Positions 14,231-28,383 are shown, numbered from the stretch's first letter. The stretch is 64,000 bases of DNA from Octopus sinensis (GCF_006345805.1 NC_043010.1:47430001-47494000), one strand, 5' to 3'. Numbers and translations: made by a program. The notes: a model not told the origin generated them from the sequence alone.

Positions 14231-14486
14231 TTCTTATCAAACAGCACCACCTAGCTTTGTCCAGCAAAATACTTAATAAACAACTGAATATTAAAAGATT
14301 AGTTGTAGATGGATTATTTGGTGCATTTTGGAAAAACAGAAATGGCTATGCAACAACTTCTTGAACAATTTATATTATAATCTTCAAAAATGTTTCACAA
14401 AATAGCCTGGCTTTGTAGTTAAGAAGCTTCTTTGCAATCACATGCTTTTGGGGTCAGTGCTACTGCAAGGCAAATAAATCCAGTTC

Positions 14487-14675
14487 TATATTTAAGAGAT
14501 GAGGAATTATTTACATTATTTACAATTGACGGATATTTGTTCTCATCTTGTTTGTTGTTAACACAACATTTCAGCTGATATACCCTCCAGGTTTCATCAG
14601 ATGTCTTGGGGGAAATTTCGAACCTGGGTTCTCATTCCTAAGGTATTTTTCGATATTGTTGTTGCTATTATTATT
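14487..14675 (-). mobile_element. Penelope pLTR-like remnant carrying a decayed minimal hammerhead motif (14561-14605)
   Basis: Minus strand gacat-CTGATGA-a-acctg-loop-cagct-GAA-atgt-t-gtgt. Confidence 0.55.
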
Positions 14676-15133
14676 CTTGGGGTTAGTAGCCTGTGCTCTT
14701 AACCAAATATATATGCCAGTAGGTGTTAAGAAGGGCATCCAGCCATAGAAACCATGCCAAATCAGATTGGAGCCTGATGCAGCTCCCCAGCTTGCCAGCT
14801 CTGGTCAAACCATCCAACCCATGTCAGCATGGACAATGGATGTTAAATGATGATGATGTTATATATATCATCATCATCCTTTAATATCCATTTTCCATGT
14901 TGACATGGGAGACAGAAACTGAGCAGCAGCCCATCGTGTTTGTGTATGTGTGTGTGTGCGTGCATGTGTGGACAAACAAAAGAAAGTGGCAGTCAACACA
15001 TTTTGTAGGAGCTACATATATCATTTAGCAACAGTCTAACTCAGCTCTATGCAACTTAAAGTTTTGAAGGCTCAATTTTGAATAAACCTATCTTGTCAGG
15101 CATCAAGATAAGGTGAGAAAAATTCACAAATTC

Positions 15134-15338
15134 AAGATGGCTTCCAGATGTTAGGCCTCTATTGGTCGACTCAGGTGATCTGGTGTTGGTCTGGAAGCAA
15201 CAGCAGTTACTTCCTTTATTCTTAGGCCTACATGCTTGTACTAGATGTTGGTTAAGTAGTTGTTATTGGTCGCTTCTAGGCCAATAACACCACATGACCA
15301 GAGATGACCAATAGAGGCCTAACATCTAGAAGCCATTT
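15134..15338. mobile_element. MITE-like element with about 68-bp terminal inverted repeats
   Basis: agatggcttccagatgttaggcctctattggtc... versus reverse complement aaatggcttctagatgttaggcctctattggtc... Confidence 0.7.
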
Positions 15339-15598
15339 ACAATTTGTCTCATATACATTTAGTCTCTCTGGATGCCAAACAAGATAGATTTTTTCCTATG
15401 AAACTTGGAGCTGAGTCAAACAGTTATAAACTGAAATATGTGTGTATGTGTGTGTGCCTCCTGGCAAAATATGCAAACATCAGAGAGAAAAGTGATAGAC
15501 TGTGCTTTCAGTCTCTTGTGATATTTGTTCTGTCCAAGTTATATGATTGCCATCATAGAAGCAGTGAACTAGTGACTACCCTACTGTTTGCAAAAATG

Positions 15599-15659
<61 letters not shown>

Positions 15660-15744
15660 TGTATATATATGTGTGTGTGTGTATGTGTGTGTATGTATGT
15701 ATATATATCTTTATACATTATTTTAATTATATATATATGCATAG

Positions 15745-15811
<67 letters not shown>

Positions 15812-16810
15812 AAGACAGATTGTAATAGAGATACTTCTTGATAATATTCGTGTACATATTGGCTCTAATGCCATTATGCTTTAGATAATATTCTTGGAGA
15901 GAGCACTAGTGTATTGATTTTTATATATATATGACATCTTTTGTCTAGAAAACCAGCGACTGAGTAATGGAAATTTGAGATACCACATGCCAAACTGGAG
16001 AAGTATATACTTGTAACAAAAACAAATATTAGCAAAGACAAGCTAACTGGTTTGTAATGCTGCACCTGAAGAAGAAAATCTCATGCTAACCAAGATTTGA
16101 AGGTTGAGTTGGGTTTATTGGTGATATGGCTAGGGAGGCAGCAAATAGGTGGATATTGTTCTGCTGCAGGTCAGTTCCGATTGAACAGAACAGACCTATA
16201 ATCAAAAGTATATAAGTATATTTATGTCTAGGACTACAGTGTCAAATGTGTCTTTACCTTTTTTAAGATGGTAAAGTATGATTTTAAGGAGATTTGACTG
16301 CTATTTGTAGCAGGTCAGATATCTGAGTAGAGAGATTTCTTTGTTGGATTGTATATATATATATAATAATAATTCACAATAGATCACAGCACATACCCAA
16401 GGCACACAGAGCTGCGCTCGGTAGTGAAGTGAAAGCACGCTATAAAAATAAAACTACTGAATAATGATAATAATAATAATAACAATAATAATATGAGGGA
16501 ATATTATTCCAAACTTACAGGGAAAAATTCAATTTAGAAACACTAAATCAAATTTACTATTTTGCATATTACTTAATCATTGTTATATGTTTTATCTTAT
16601 ATTTAATCTTTCTATAATATGTTATTTTTCTAAATGGTATAATTTAATTTTTCATTATTGAATTGATAAAAGGTGTTTTTTTGTCTAATTTATATATATG
16701 TATATATATATAGTTAATCCAAATAAGAAAACACAAAAAAACACGATAACGCGAGGACGTGGAACAAATATAGTATTATTGGACGCTCAGGAAAGAAAGG
16801 AAGAAGGAGG

Positions 16811-16845
16811 GTTTAACGTTTCGAGCGGAGCTCTTCGTCGGAAAC
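16811..16845 (-). ncRNA. Minimal type-I hammerhead ribozyme-like motif within a young PLE-type repeat (about 16700-16916)
   Basis: gttt-CCGACGA-a-gagc-tcc-gctc-GAA-acgt-t-aaac: stems I and II perfect, palindromic stem III; core has C instead of U at position 4. Confidence 0.6.
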
Positions 16846-16913
16846 ATAGGAGAAGGAAAGATCTAGAGAAGGGAAGACAGAGGGAAAAAAAATCACCAAC
16901 GGTACACACGAGG

Positions 16914-16969
<56 letters not shown>

Positions 16970-17229
16970 CATCATCATCATCATCATCATCATCATCGTT
17001 TAACGTCCGCTTTCCATGCTAGCATGGGTTGGACGGTTCAACTGGGGTCTGGGGAGCCCAAAGGCTGCACCAGGCCAGTCAGATCTGGCAGTGTTTCTAC
17101 AGCTGGATGCCCTTCCTAACGCCAACCACTCCGAGAGTGTAGTGGGTGATTTTATGTGCCACCGACACAGGTGAACAGCCACGCTCGGATGGTGTTTTTT
17201 ATGTGCCACCGACACAGGTGCCAGACGAG
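16970..17229 (-). mobile_element. Young RTE-tail SINE (5'-truncated) with (GAT)n tail
   Basis: Near-identical to 27540-27732 in opposite orientation; CpGs intact. Confidence 0.9.
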
Positions 17230-17462
17230 TGTGTGCTTGTTTTAGTCATTGAACTGCAGGCATGGTGGGTCACTGTCTTCAAGGATTTAGTCAAACTGAT
17301 CTCACTACTTTTTTTTTCAAAGCCTAGTACTAATTCTATTGGACTCTTGTTGAACTGCTAAGTTACAGGAGCATAAACAGATGAACACCAGTTGTCAAGT
17401 GGTGGTAGTGGACAAACACATACAAAAAAAAAAACACACACAAATGGTATATCCCTTTAGTG

Positions 17463-17507
<45 letters not shown>

Positions 17508-19513
17508 AGGTTGGAGTCACAGGCAAACAAATTGATATTTGAAAGCAGTTGCCAACAAGAATAAATAAGTAAATAAAAACACTGTAAAAATGGAAGCATC
17601 AAAATAAGTAAATGTTAAAGGAAGGGGGAGGAGAAGTGAAGACAGGGAGATATCAGAAATCAACTGAGCAAAATCAGCTATAGAAACAGCATGTACAATT
17701 ACAAATTCATCGGCCAGCAGGATCCACATTATAAAATCCAGCCAGCTTTCAAAAGAGCTATTTCAAATAAGTCCCTGAGAAACTAAAACTCTGCCAACAA
17801 TATATGAATTATTTATCAGAAGAACAGTTGTATGATATTTCTTTTAGTATACAGTGCATCCTGGAAGTAGCAGCTGTGTTGTGTATGTAATATATTTAAT
17901 AATAGTATTTTATTTTATTTTCTTGCTTTAGATTCTTCAGTTACAAAAATTTATTGATATTATTACTATAGCAATTTTAGTTGCTGAATGGAAAACAAAC
18001 TGCCAGATTAAAAATTAAGAGAGATTTGCATCTCTACCCACTCTCTCGCTCTCTCTTTCTGTCTCCTAAACAATAATCCAACCTTACCAGAAAGTACTCA
18101 GAATTTGCGGAATCAGGCAACCTATGTATTAGCAAGGAGAATTAGAACACAAATAAATTAAATATGTACATGTATGCAATTGTATATCATGTTTGTGCGT
18201 GTGTGTATGTCTTCTTGTTTGAACAATTAAATGCAACTCTGTCTAGTAATGGTGTGTAGTTTTGCACAAAATTCAGAGTCCCCCAGGTGTCAAAAAGTGT
18301 TCCAATGTGCAAGAAACAAAGGAAAGAAAAATAAACCCAGCAGTAATATTATTCATTATTTGTCAGCATAAAATAATTATCTCTTATGAAAGTTCAATCT
18401 ACCATCGAGGCATGCATAGATTTTCTAAGCCAGATGCCCTTCCTGTCTCCAACCTTCACTTGTTTCCAAGCAAGGTAATACTTCCCCATGGCCAGACATG
18501 GTCTCACAGAATACCGGAAACGAATGTCAATGCTTGTATGACAGTGACAATCATTTAGAACTATACTACATGATAACAAGACAAGGGGACATACATATCC
18601 CCCCCCCACACACACACACACACACAAACAAACACACACGATGTACTTCTTTTAGTTTCTGTCTACCAAATTCACTCAAATGGCTTTGTTCAGTCCGGGA
18701 CTATAGCAGAAGGCACTTGCCCAAGGTTCTACACAGTGGGACTGAACTCAGAACTATGTAGTTAGAAAGCAGTTACCAAGCATGGAAAAGAGGACATTAA
18801 ATTGATGATGATGATAATGATGATGAAAACCAAAATGGATCGGACATGGTTAAGAAAGAACTTAATAGACATTCAAGTTTAATTTTAATTTTAAAATGAA
18901 AATTTATTTTGACTAGGCACTATATTCTATATGTAAATTAAGACATTTTAATTTTCATAATCCCATAGTTACTTAAATCTTATTTTATTAGTCTAGTAAG
19001 GTGACTGATAAAGCTAACTATGGTTTTAATGGAATTTAGAACAATGAGGAACATTTCAAACTTATTTTTTCAACACTACTACTTTAAAATCATAAATCTT
19101 AAATGTTGTTGGCTTTAGTTGGTTTAATTTTCTCATAGAATTTTTTAGGCAATTTATTTTAGTGTTATAAAAAAAAATTTTTTTATAAAAAATAAACTAG
19201 CCTATTATAGAATGAATGCAACCAGAAGTACCTGAATTTCCAGTACTACAAGTGAAGCTTTGAAAAATTTGTTTACATTTTCAAAAGCAGTCACACTTTA
19301 GAGACACCAAGGAAATAGTGTAAGAAAAGTATAATGTCATATTTTATACACCACAATTCAGGGGTATTTTATACAGAAATTATTTATTATATTCATCAAG
19401 GTTGTTGCTGATGGTCCTGATCAAAATGATATATGATTAAGGCATTCCATTCAAGACTTTCCCATTCTTTTTTTTGTTGTTTTTGCTTTTAATTTCAAGA
19501 ATTACATTGTTAA

Positions 19514-19861
19514 CCCTTTTGTTATCATATTCCTGTTGAAACACACTGCTTTTGTTTCAATTAATTTCGATAATAATGAAGTATTTGGTAAAATATAACA
19601 TAAGATTTTGCTGGAAGATTTTAATTTAGATCGCTTTAACCCTTTAATTACCATATTTATTTTGAGATGCTCTGTGTTTCTATAATTTAATTTTAAATAT
19701 AACAAAGAATTTAGTAAAATAACTTAGTTATCATTAAGCTAATGTTAGGAACATAAATTGTGACTAAGGTTTGGTGGAAGATCTTAATTCAAAACTTATG
19801 AAAACAAGACATTTGTACTATAGAGCCAGAAGCGGTTTCAGCTGGGTTGGTATGGAAAGGG
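19514..19861. mobile_element. piggyBac-like MITE (possibly two nested or partial copies)
   Basis: TTAA|ccctttt...gaaaggg|TTAA ends; a second ttaacccttt start near 19637. Confidence 0.6.
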
Positions 19862-21628
19862 TTAAAACAAGATGTTTGTATTATAAAATCAGGTGCAGTC
19901 TCAGACAGGTTGATATCAAATGGGTTGAATGTGGTACCCTTTATTAAGCAGTAGAAAAATGTGGATACTATTTCTAGCAGGTCCCTTGCTGGATTGCCAT
20001 CCATTACTTGAGTATATGGAGTGGTAAAATGTGAATAAGTTATTCAAATTCTCAAGGTGAAAGATAGAAAGAAATAGAACACATTCATTGTGTTGATAGT
20101 TTGTGGATCATTATCGAAAATTCAACTGGCTTGTTCCATGCAGTTAAGTCTACTTTGTCACAGCTTATCAGAAGAAAACAGACCTTATCAACAATATAAA
20201 ACAGAATGAGAAGTAAATAACAAGATAAACCAAGAAGGAAGAGCCCTTTTGATATGAACATTTGAAACCACCTGCTGACAAAGTCTCTAAAAATCTAAAA
20301 TGAGAAAAAGGGGTTTAATCCTCCAGACCAAAACAGAAATTTAATATAAGTTACATATAAGGTGGCAAGCGAGTAGAATCACTAGTACACCAGGCAAAAT
20401 GCTAAGTGGCATTTTGTCTGTCTTCACATTCCGAGTTCAAATTCTGCCACGGTTGACTTTGCCCTTCATCCTTTCGGGATCGATAAAATAAGCACCAGTT
20501 GTGTATTGAGGGTCGATGTAATTGACTTAACCCCTTCCCTAAAATTTCTGGCTTTGTGCCAAAATTTGAAATCAATATAAGTTACATATCAGCTAATTAG
20601 TAAAATTAAAGATGTATTATTTGTCTCAGAATAGAAATATCCAAACAGGTTTTTAGGCATTTATTCCCATCTTCTATACTAGAAGAAAAAAAATAGCTTG
20701 TCCACTCCTGAGATAAACAGTTGAAGCAAAACATTACATGCTTTACTTAACATTTAAACAAATACATAGGGGATAGATCTGGGTAAACTAGTAATGTCTG
20801 GAGGATATTTTTGTGGACTGGGAATAACTGCTTTTAGTTGCAAGTTAGTACATCATGCACTTATTAATACAATGAGTGACTTCTGAATTAACAAAGTACA
20901 GTGACTCTGAGATTTTGATAGACACACATTTTATAGGAGGGAATAAAATGTCTAAAACAGCCAAGTAAAAAAAAAAAAAAAAAAACTGCTGTGTTACTGG
21001 ACTGATGTTATTAAAGAACAAGAATCATGTGCTGTCTCTATTGAACTGTTAAACACACTAAACCACTGATCAAATTGAAGTATTTATAAGTAATTGAAAT
21101 GGTATTGAAATATGTTTCACTTCAAAGCAAAAAATGGAGAAGGAAATTTTCACAGATGCCATTTAGTTTGATTTATCTGTAAATTATATGAACTTCAAAG
21201 TATGAATTCTTCCAACTGAATGCCAATTTTTATAGTTAACAACTCTATTATGCAGAGACTGTGGCATTGAAAACAGATGAAGATAAGTTAAATCTTGTAT
21301 ATTTAATGGATGTGTAAACCAAATAGATTTTCACATTGCAGAAAGAAGGAAATGAGTAGAACCAAGGTAAGATTACGTCAGTAAAGTTATATTTTTTTCT
21401 TTTGTGTTTCAGTCATTTGACTGCAACCATGCTGGAGCACCACCTTGAAGTGTTTTTTGCCTAACAATTTGACTCCATGACTTATTTTTAAGCCTAGTAC
21501 TTATTCTAGTGGTCTCTTTGCCAAACTTCTAAGCTATGGGGAAGTAAGCATATCAAAACTGGTTGTCAAGCAATGATGAATGGGACAACAAACACAGACA
21601 CAAAAACACACAGACATTTATATGTATA

Positions 21629-22445
21629 CTGGGTCATCCCATAAATAATGCAGTTTTTTTATACTTCTTTTATTTTTCAAAATTAAGATAAAGTGAGTTC
21701 TTTTTTAACCTAAAATATACTCTCCTTCATTTTCTACAATGCTCTTCCATCTATCTGGTAGATTTGCAAGGCCCCTCTCCCAAAATTCACTTGTCCATGA
21801 TGAAAAATACTCCTCCAATACTCATCTACAGAATTCATATTTTTTATGTCCAAAGGATTTTGAAGACTCCAGAATAAATGATAATCAGATGGGGCAATGT
21901 CCTGCAAATATGGTGGGTGGGGTGTTGTTTCCCATTCAAACTGCTCAAGCCTTTGGAATGTCACCCTTGCTATATGTGGCTGAGCATTATCCTAATGGAA
22001 TAACACCTTTCGTCTTGAAACTAAAGATTGTTGTTTTTCTTCTAGTGCTGACTTAAGCTGCTCACAGTAGATCTTTGTTATCGTTTGGTTTGGGTTTAAA
22101 TGTTCAAAGTGGACTAAACTTTTCATATCCCATCAAACAGATAACAACACCTCATTTGGATGAAGACCTTTAGCCTGAGGTATCAGTGTTTCTCCCTTCC
22201 CTACCCACTGTCTTCAGCACTTGACATTTTTATAGAGAACCCATTTCTCAACACCAGTCACTATTTGGTCCAAAAAAGGTTCATTCGTAAGACATGACAG
22301 CAAAGAAGAGCACACATTCACTCTCTGCATGCAATTAGACTCAAAAAGTTTGAGAGGAGCACACTGACTCAAGTTACTGACTTTTCCGATGGCATGCAGG
22401 TATTGATGAATGGCTGATACAGTTTGAGCAATATGACACATAGCT
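21629..22445 (-). pseudogene. Degenerate mariner (DD34D) transposase with one TIR
   Basis: FLDQIVTGVEKWVLY (TGDEKW) and HPPYLQDIAPSDYHLF (HPPYSPDLAPSDYHLF); TA|ctgggtcatcccataaataatg end at 21629. Confidence 0.9.
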
Positions 22446-24974
22446 CTGTATCTTGTGAGGACAAGTGGAATAAAAATAACAAAAATCCCTTACTTGAAAA
22501 ACATGTAAGAGTTGGTGACAGGAAGCACATTCATCCCCAAACTACTACCCTAGTCTTTGTTCAAGCTATGCTAGTATAGAAAAGCAGATATAAATATGTG
22601 TGAACAACTAAGCAGATACTTAAAATTCACCAGGAAGATGTAATTATAGATTTAGATTACATTAATTGCTTTTTAGGATTAAAGATAGTTAGTGGAGACA
22701 GAGATATAGATTAGTTCTTGATATTACTATCTTAAATCAGCAAACTAAATCTAATAACTCCTTTCAATCTATTATTTTCATTAAAATTCTAATGATGAGA
22801 ACTTGTGAGTCTCATCATCATCACCATTTAATGTCTGTTTTCCATGCTGGCATAGGTCGGATGGTTTGAAGGCCAGTTGAAGAGCTGTCCAGGTTCCCAT
22901 GTCTGTTTTGCCACGGTTTCTATGGCTGGATGCCTTCCTAATGCCAACCACTCTACAGAGTATACTGGGTGCTTTTACGCAGCACCAGCACAGGTGCATT
23001 CAAGTGGCAGTGGCATGGGTACTTTTCACATGGCACCAGTACCCATGAACCTGCAAAAATTAAGGTTGCTCAGCTGAAGAGGGAGGTAGGGGACATGCCT
23101 GTATGCAAGAACAAGCATAATTTTACTTAGCTTCCCAAGCACACCAGAAGCCTCAGTCCCCTGTCATCCCCTCTGTGAGGCTTCTGTTGTATTTGGTATA
23201 CCAAATACCCAATCTTGCTTCAATTAATTGTTTCTAGTCATTTTTCAGGACCATGACCACTGATAGACAAAATATCTGCTAAGAGTTACTTTTTTCTTTT
23301 AATGTTTAATCCTTTCAATGCCAACTGGTCCGAGACCAACCCAAATCGTGTGTTTTAAAGTGATCTAAATTAAAACTGTCCATCAAAATTTCATGTTATT
23401 TTACTAAATTCTTTATTTTTGAAATAAATGTAACAAAGGCACTGTATTTCAACAGAGATTCTGCTTCAATATTTCAATAATAATCCTTTCTACTGTAGGC
23501 ACAAGGCCTGAAATCTGGGGGCAATGAGCTAGTGCTCAACTAATACTGATTTCATTGACCTCGAAAGGATAAAAGGAAAAGTCTACCTTGGCAGAATTTA
23601 AACTCAAAACCTAACGACACACACACATACACAGATTTTCATCTACCATGTCAGTTCACAAGCCTTTGGTCAGCCAGAAGCTATAGTAGAAAACACTTGC
23701 CCAAGGTGCCATGCATTGGGACTGAACCTAGATCCATGTGGTTTGGAAGCAAACATCTTACCACACAGTTAGGTGGCAAGTAGGCAGAATTATTAACGTT
23801 TTGCCCATCTTTATTTTCTGAGTTCAAATTCCACTGAGGTCAATTTTGCCTTTCATCCTTTTTTTGGCAAGTAGGTCAATAAATTAAGTACTAGGTGTAC
23901 ACTGGGGTTGATGTAAACGATTTACCCCTTCCCTAAACTGGCTTAGTGCCAAAATTTGAAACCATTATTAAGTCAGTGTGTGGAATATAATAAATTAACA
24001 AGAAATTCTGATGGATGGTTTTAATCTTGATTACCTTAAAACAGGAAGCGTGTATCAGAGAATTAGAAGCAGGTGAGTATCAAAAAGCTTAAGGGAAAGG
24101 ATTTCGTTAAGGTAACACCTCTAACCTAAAACGCACATTTCCCTGAGCTGTTGATTAGCAGCAGCACTCTAACAATATTGCTTGCTCTCACATGTATCAT
24201 AAAAAAACCTCTCCTTCTATTCATCACTCATCTCCATTTAAGTTAAAAATTAGTAGTGTTCTAGTTCCAATTTGACTTTTTTCTCATCTGTTAATGGAAC
24301 ATCTTTTCTTTTAGAAAGCATTTGTTGGTTTTTTTGGGTTTTTTTTGAGATTTTTTTCAGTATGAAGAAAATGAAGAAAAAAGTGAGAAAAGGAAGGAGA
24401 ATGAATAGCACACAAACAGAAAATGAGTAACAAAAACCATAACCAACCATGAGGAACAGAAGAAGCATTAGTAATTATATTGTCAGCTGAACTATCATTC
24501 TCCTCTTCCTTCCCATTATTATTATCATTTATTAATAAGGCGGTGAGCTGGCAGAATCATTAGCACGCTGGGCAAGATGCTTAGTGGCATTTCCTCTGTC
24601 TTTATTTACGTTCTGGGTTCAAATTCTGCTGTGGTCAGCTTTGTCTTTCATACTTTCAGGGTCAATAAATTAAATACTAGTAAAACACTGGGATCGATGT
24701 AACTGACTAGACCCCTCCACCAAAATTTCAGACCTCATGCCTTTAGTAGAAAGGATTATTACTAGCATCTATAGGGCCTGGATATGATTATAGAACAAGA
24801 CAACTGAAATATAATTTTTTCTTTATAGCTTAGTGAAAAGAGCAAGGGCTGCTTCCATGATCTTTGTTGAAACTTTGAGAGGGGGAAACTATGAATCAGA
24901 AGTTAGTCTAAAAGACAGCATACCAAAACCATCAGGATATTTGTCCTCAGGTTAAACAAAGACATGGTCTAAAT

Positions 24975-25225
24975 AAGTGGTCTCAACCAGGGTTCTTATG
25001 GCTCTTGAGGGTCTACATAACATTTTATCACTAAAGTTTATGTGCAATAAATTGGTTGTATTTGTACACTACACAAAATATCTTAATTTTATTTTTATAC
25101 AATTTCTAATAATATTTAATTATGAAAATATATGATTTTTTTAAACATTGGATGGCTAAGAGGGTACATCCAAATAAAATATGAATCAAAGGGGTCCATA
25201 GGTTAAAAATGGTTGAGAAACACTG
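24975..25225. mobile_element. hAT-Charlie MITE
   Basis: TIR aagtggtctcaacc / ggttgagaaacactg; perfect 8-bp TSD gtctaaat (24967-24974 and 25226-25233). Confidence 0.85.
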
Positions 25226-26599
25226 GTCTAAATGCTTCTGATAGGGTAGGCTTTTCTAAAGGCATCCAAAGGCTAAGTAACAGAATAAGAAGTTCCAATT
25301 TGAATCAATGAATAATGCTACAGAGATAATTATATAATTGCATATAATTATGATTATATAGACAAAAGTTCATTCAAACTAGAGAGAAAAATTGATTGTA
25401 ATAATCTTTACTCTTCATTCATTATAATTATGATTTCTAACATAACTTCATTCTACTTTATGACTGATAAACCAAGAACCAAGGAAAGATAAAAGGTAAA
25501 ATTGATCCTGTCAGAATTTGAACTTAAAATGTTAAGTGACATGAATAAATAATGATTTCAAATTTTGGCACAAGGCCAGTAATTTCAGGGAGGGAATAAG
25601 TCAGTTACATGGACCCCATTACTCAACTGGTATTTATATCTGACCTGAAAAGGATGAAAAGTAAAGTCAACCTTGGTGAAATTTGAACTCAGAACATAAA
25701 GACAGACAAAATGCCACTAAGTATTTTGCCTGATGATGACAATGAATAAAATATCTTGCAAATGACAACATAATGATTAAAATCAACTGCCAATCATTAA
25801 TAATGGTAGTAAGAAACTCTAAGAAGAGCTGATCTGAGGTTCTTCAGAAATGAAACTACCTCGTGCAAGTGTTTTGACCCTTTGTTTCCACTTTAAGAGG
25901 GGCCAGGCTGCATCCATGTCATGACTCCTGGATACTCCATTTCTGTCACATTTTGTGTGCCTTTCATCATAGGTTTGTTCAATTAGGGCTGATGATAGGT
26001 GAAACAACCTGATCTAAAACCTGGTGTTTTACTAGTTTGGTCATTTTGCTGCTATGGATGTATTTATAGAACAAAATAAATAAAAGAAAAAAAATCTGGA
26101 ACAATATTCTGAACATGTTGGAAAGATTCAGCAACAAATTACATATTGTGATTCACGGTCACAAAGCAGTGAATTAGTAAGTGAACTAGATGCTTCAAAA
26201 GAGAGTATGACTACTATTTTAGGAGATATTAAATTACTACAAATCATTTGACAAGAATAACAATTTGTAAACTATAATTACATTATTATGTAGAAGGTAT
26301 CAAGCTATTAACCTAAAGATTATTAGATTACTTCCTGCCATAAGCCATGATTTCAAACACAGACACAAAGCCACACACTTTGTGAAGAGAAATACAGTTT
26401 ATTAAACTGTCATCAAAATATATTTAATTCATTCACTCACTCTTTCCCAAAAGGATAAATAGTAAAGTGGAATAAAATAAGATTTGAAATCACAATGCAA
26501 TGGAAAGGTAACTAAATACGACAAGGCATTTAATCTTCTGAAATGAGTAATTCTACCATCCACTGCTTTCCTTCTTTCTTCCTACCATAAATAATAACA

Positions 26600-26972
26600 C
26601 TTAAATAACGGCCAGACTAGTATGGGTCAGTGTTGCATAACTGGTACCTGTGCTGGTGGCACGTAAAAAGCACCCTTCAAACTTTGAGTCTCATGGAGGC
26701 AGTGACAAGTGACTGAGACCTTTGACAATATACCATGCTTGAAAAGACCTGTCAAGCCAGGTGGGATCATAATCATGACCGATGCTGGTGTTTTGTAACT
26801 GCTGGTGGCATGTAAAAAGTACCCACTACACTCTCGGAGTGGTTGGTGTTAGGAAGGGCATCCAGCTGTAAAAACCAAGCTAAATCAGATTGCAGTTCCC
26901 CAGCTTACCAGTTTTCAGTCAAACCGTCCAACCCATGCCAGCATGAAAAACGGATGTTAAATGATGATGATG
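26600..26972 (+). mobile_element. Degenerate RTE 3'-end copy with duplicated tail motif
   Basis: Same tail sequence and internal duplication as 6791-7280; ends in gatgatgat. Confidence 0.8.
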
Positions 26973-27300
26973 GATCTATAAAGTCATGTGCACTACCCTG
27001 CTTCCTGCTGGATTATAACTTATAAAAAAAAGGAAAGCAAACATATATGTATTTTACACAATGAAATCAAAATCCATGATAAAATGTCTGCCTTATAGAT
27101 ATATAAGGTATATGATTAAAAAGCTATTTCTTGAAACTATGCTTTACAATGCCAAACACACATACCTTGAAGGGTACATGTATCTGTGGAATATTCAGCC
27201 AATCAAAGAACTGAATGCTCCTTGTCAGAAACAATGGCAGATCTATCATATACATACATATGTATATAGAGACAGTGAATTTATGATTTACACACATATA

Positions 27301-27732
27301 TCAAACCAAATCAAAATAGATGAACATCAAATGGAATTTGTATCTTTGTGGTACCAGTGCCGGTGGCACATAAGAAAACCATCCGAACGTGGCCGTAGCC
27401 AGTACCGCATTGACTGGCCTCCGTGCTGTGGGCACGTAACAAACACCATCCGATCGTGGCCGTTCGCCAGCCTCGTCTGGCACCTGTGTCGGTGGCACAT
27501 AAAAAACACCATCCGAGCGTGGCCGTCTGCCAGCCTCGTCTGGCACCTGTGTCGGTGGCACATAAAATCACCCACTACACTCTCGGAGTGGTTGGCGTTA
27601 GGAAGGGCATCCAGCTGTAGAAACACTGCCAGATCTGACTGGCCTGGTGCAGCCTTCGGGCTCCCCAGACCCCAGTTGAACCGTCCAACCCATGCTAGCA
27701 TGGAAAGCGGACGTTAAACGATGATGATGATG
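27301..27732 (+). mobile_element. Young RTE-tail SINE with about three internal tandem units
   Basis: Repeated ggtggcac(a/g)taa..accatccga.cgtggccgt units; CpG-rich; (GAT)n tail. Confidence 0.9.
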
Positions 27733-28383
27733 TAAAAATAATAATTCACTTCATCGCTGCTCAAAGTTTCTTATGATATGTGATCTTCCAGGTAGCAAAA
27801 ATCTAAATGAATATTCATTCATTTATAAACTCTACTACATGTATTGAGAACTTTGCCTGTTTATATACTCAAATACAGAAGTGTGTGTCTGAGCATGCAT
27901 ATGTAATTATCTCTCTATGGAGAAGTGGGGTAGAGGTGTCACTTTATTTTGTATTCACTGCTTGAGTTTCTTGCTGATCAAATACATTAATAAAAATATG
28001 AAAAGGGTTTAAAATAGAACCAGAATAAAAGCATGTTTTAACAACAACACTGATTAAAGTAACTGCGTAGCTATGCAAGATATATTACTATTACTTTACA
28101 GAGTCTCTCTGGACAGAGAGAAGATTGATATTAGGTGCAGGGTGAGGAAAGATTTGTTGACAACTGAAAGCGCAAAGAAAAAAATAAAACAGGTCAAGGT
28201 AAACATAATATTTGTCAGTGAAGAGAAAGAAAAAAAAAAGCATTAAGAAGTGTAATATAGCTGCTGTGTAGCCTCAGATCAGTTCTGATCCAACATATCT
28301 ACAATAAAAGGCATTCTAGCTATGAAATCTTCTCTCTTGGCTCTAATTTATCCACTGAACTTCATCACACAATGTGCCTTTTT

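Noticed and set aside
15874-16065. Strong minus-strand acceptor (ttttcttcttcAG near 16066) before a 63-aa ORF
   Set aside because: No convincing donor and no recognisable protein; cannot be supported as an exon.
24045-24072. Plus-strand micro-exon-like EACIRELEA followed by GTGAGT
   Set aside because: Poor polypyrimidine tract and too short to support.
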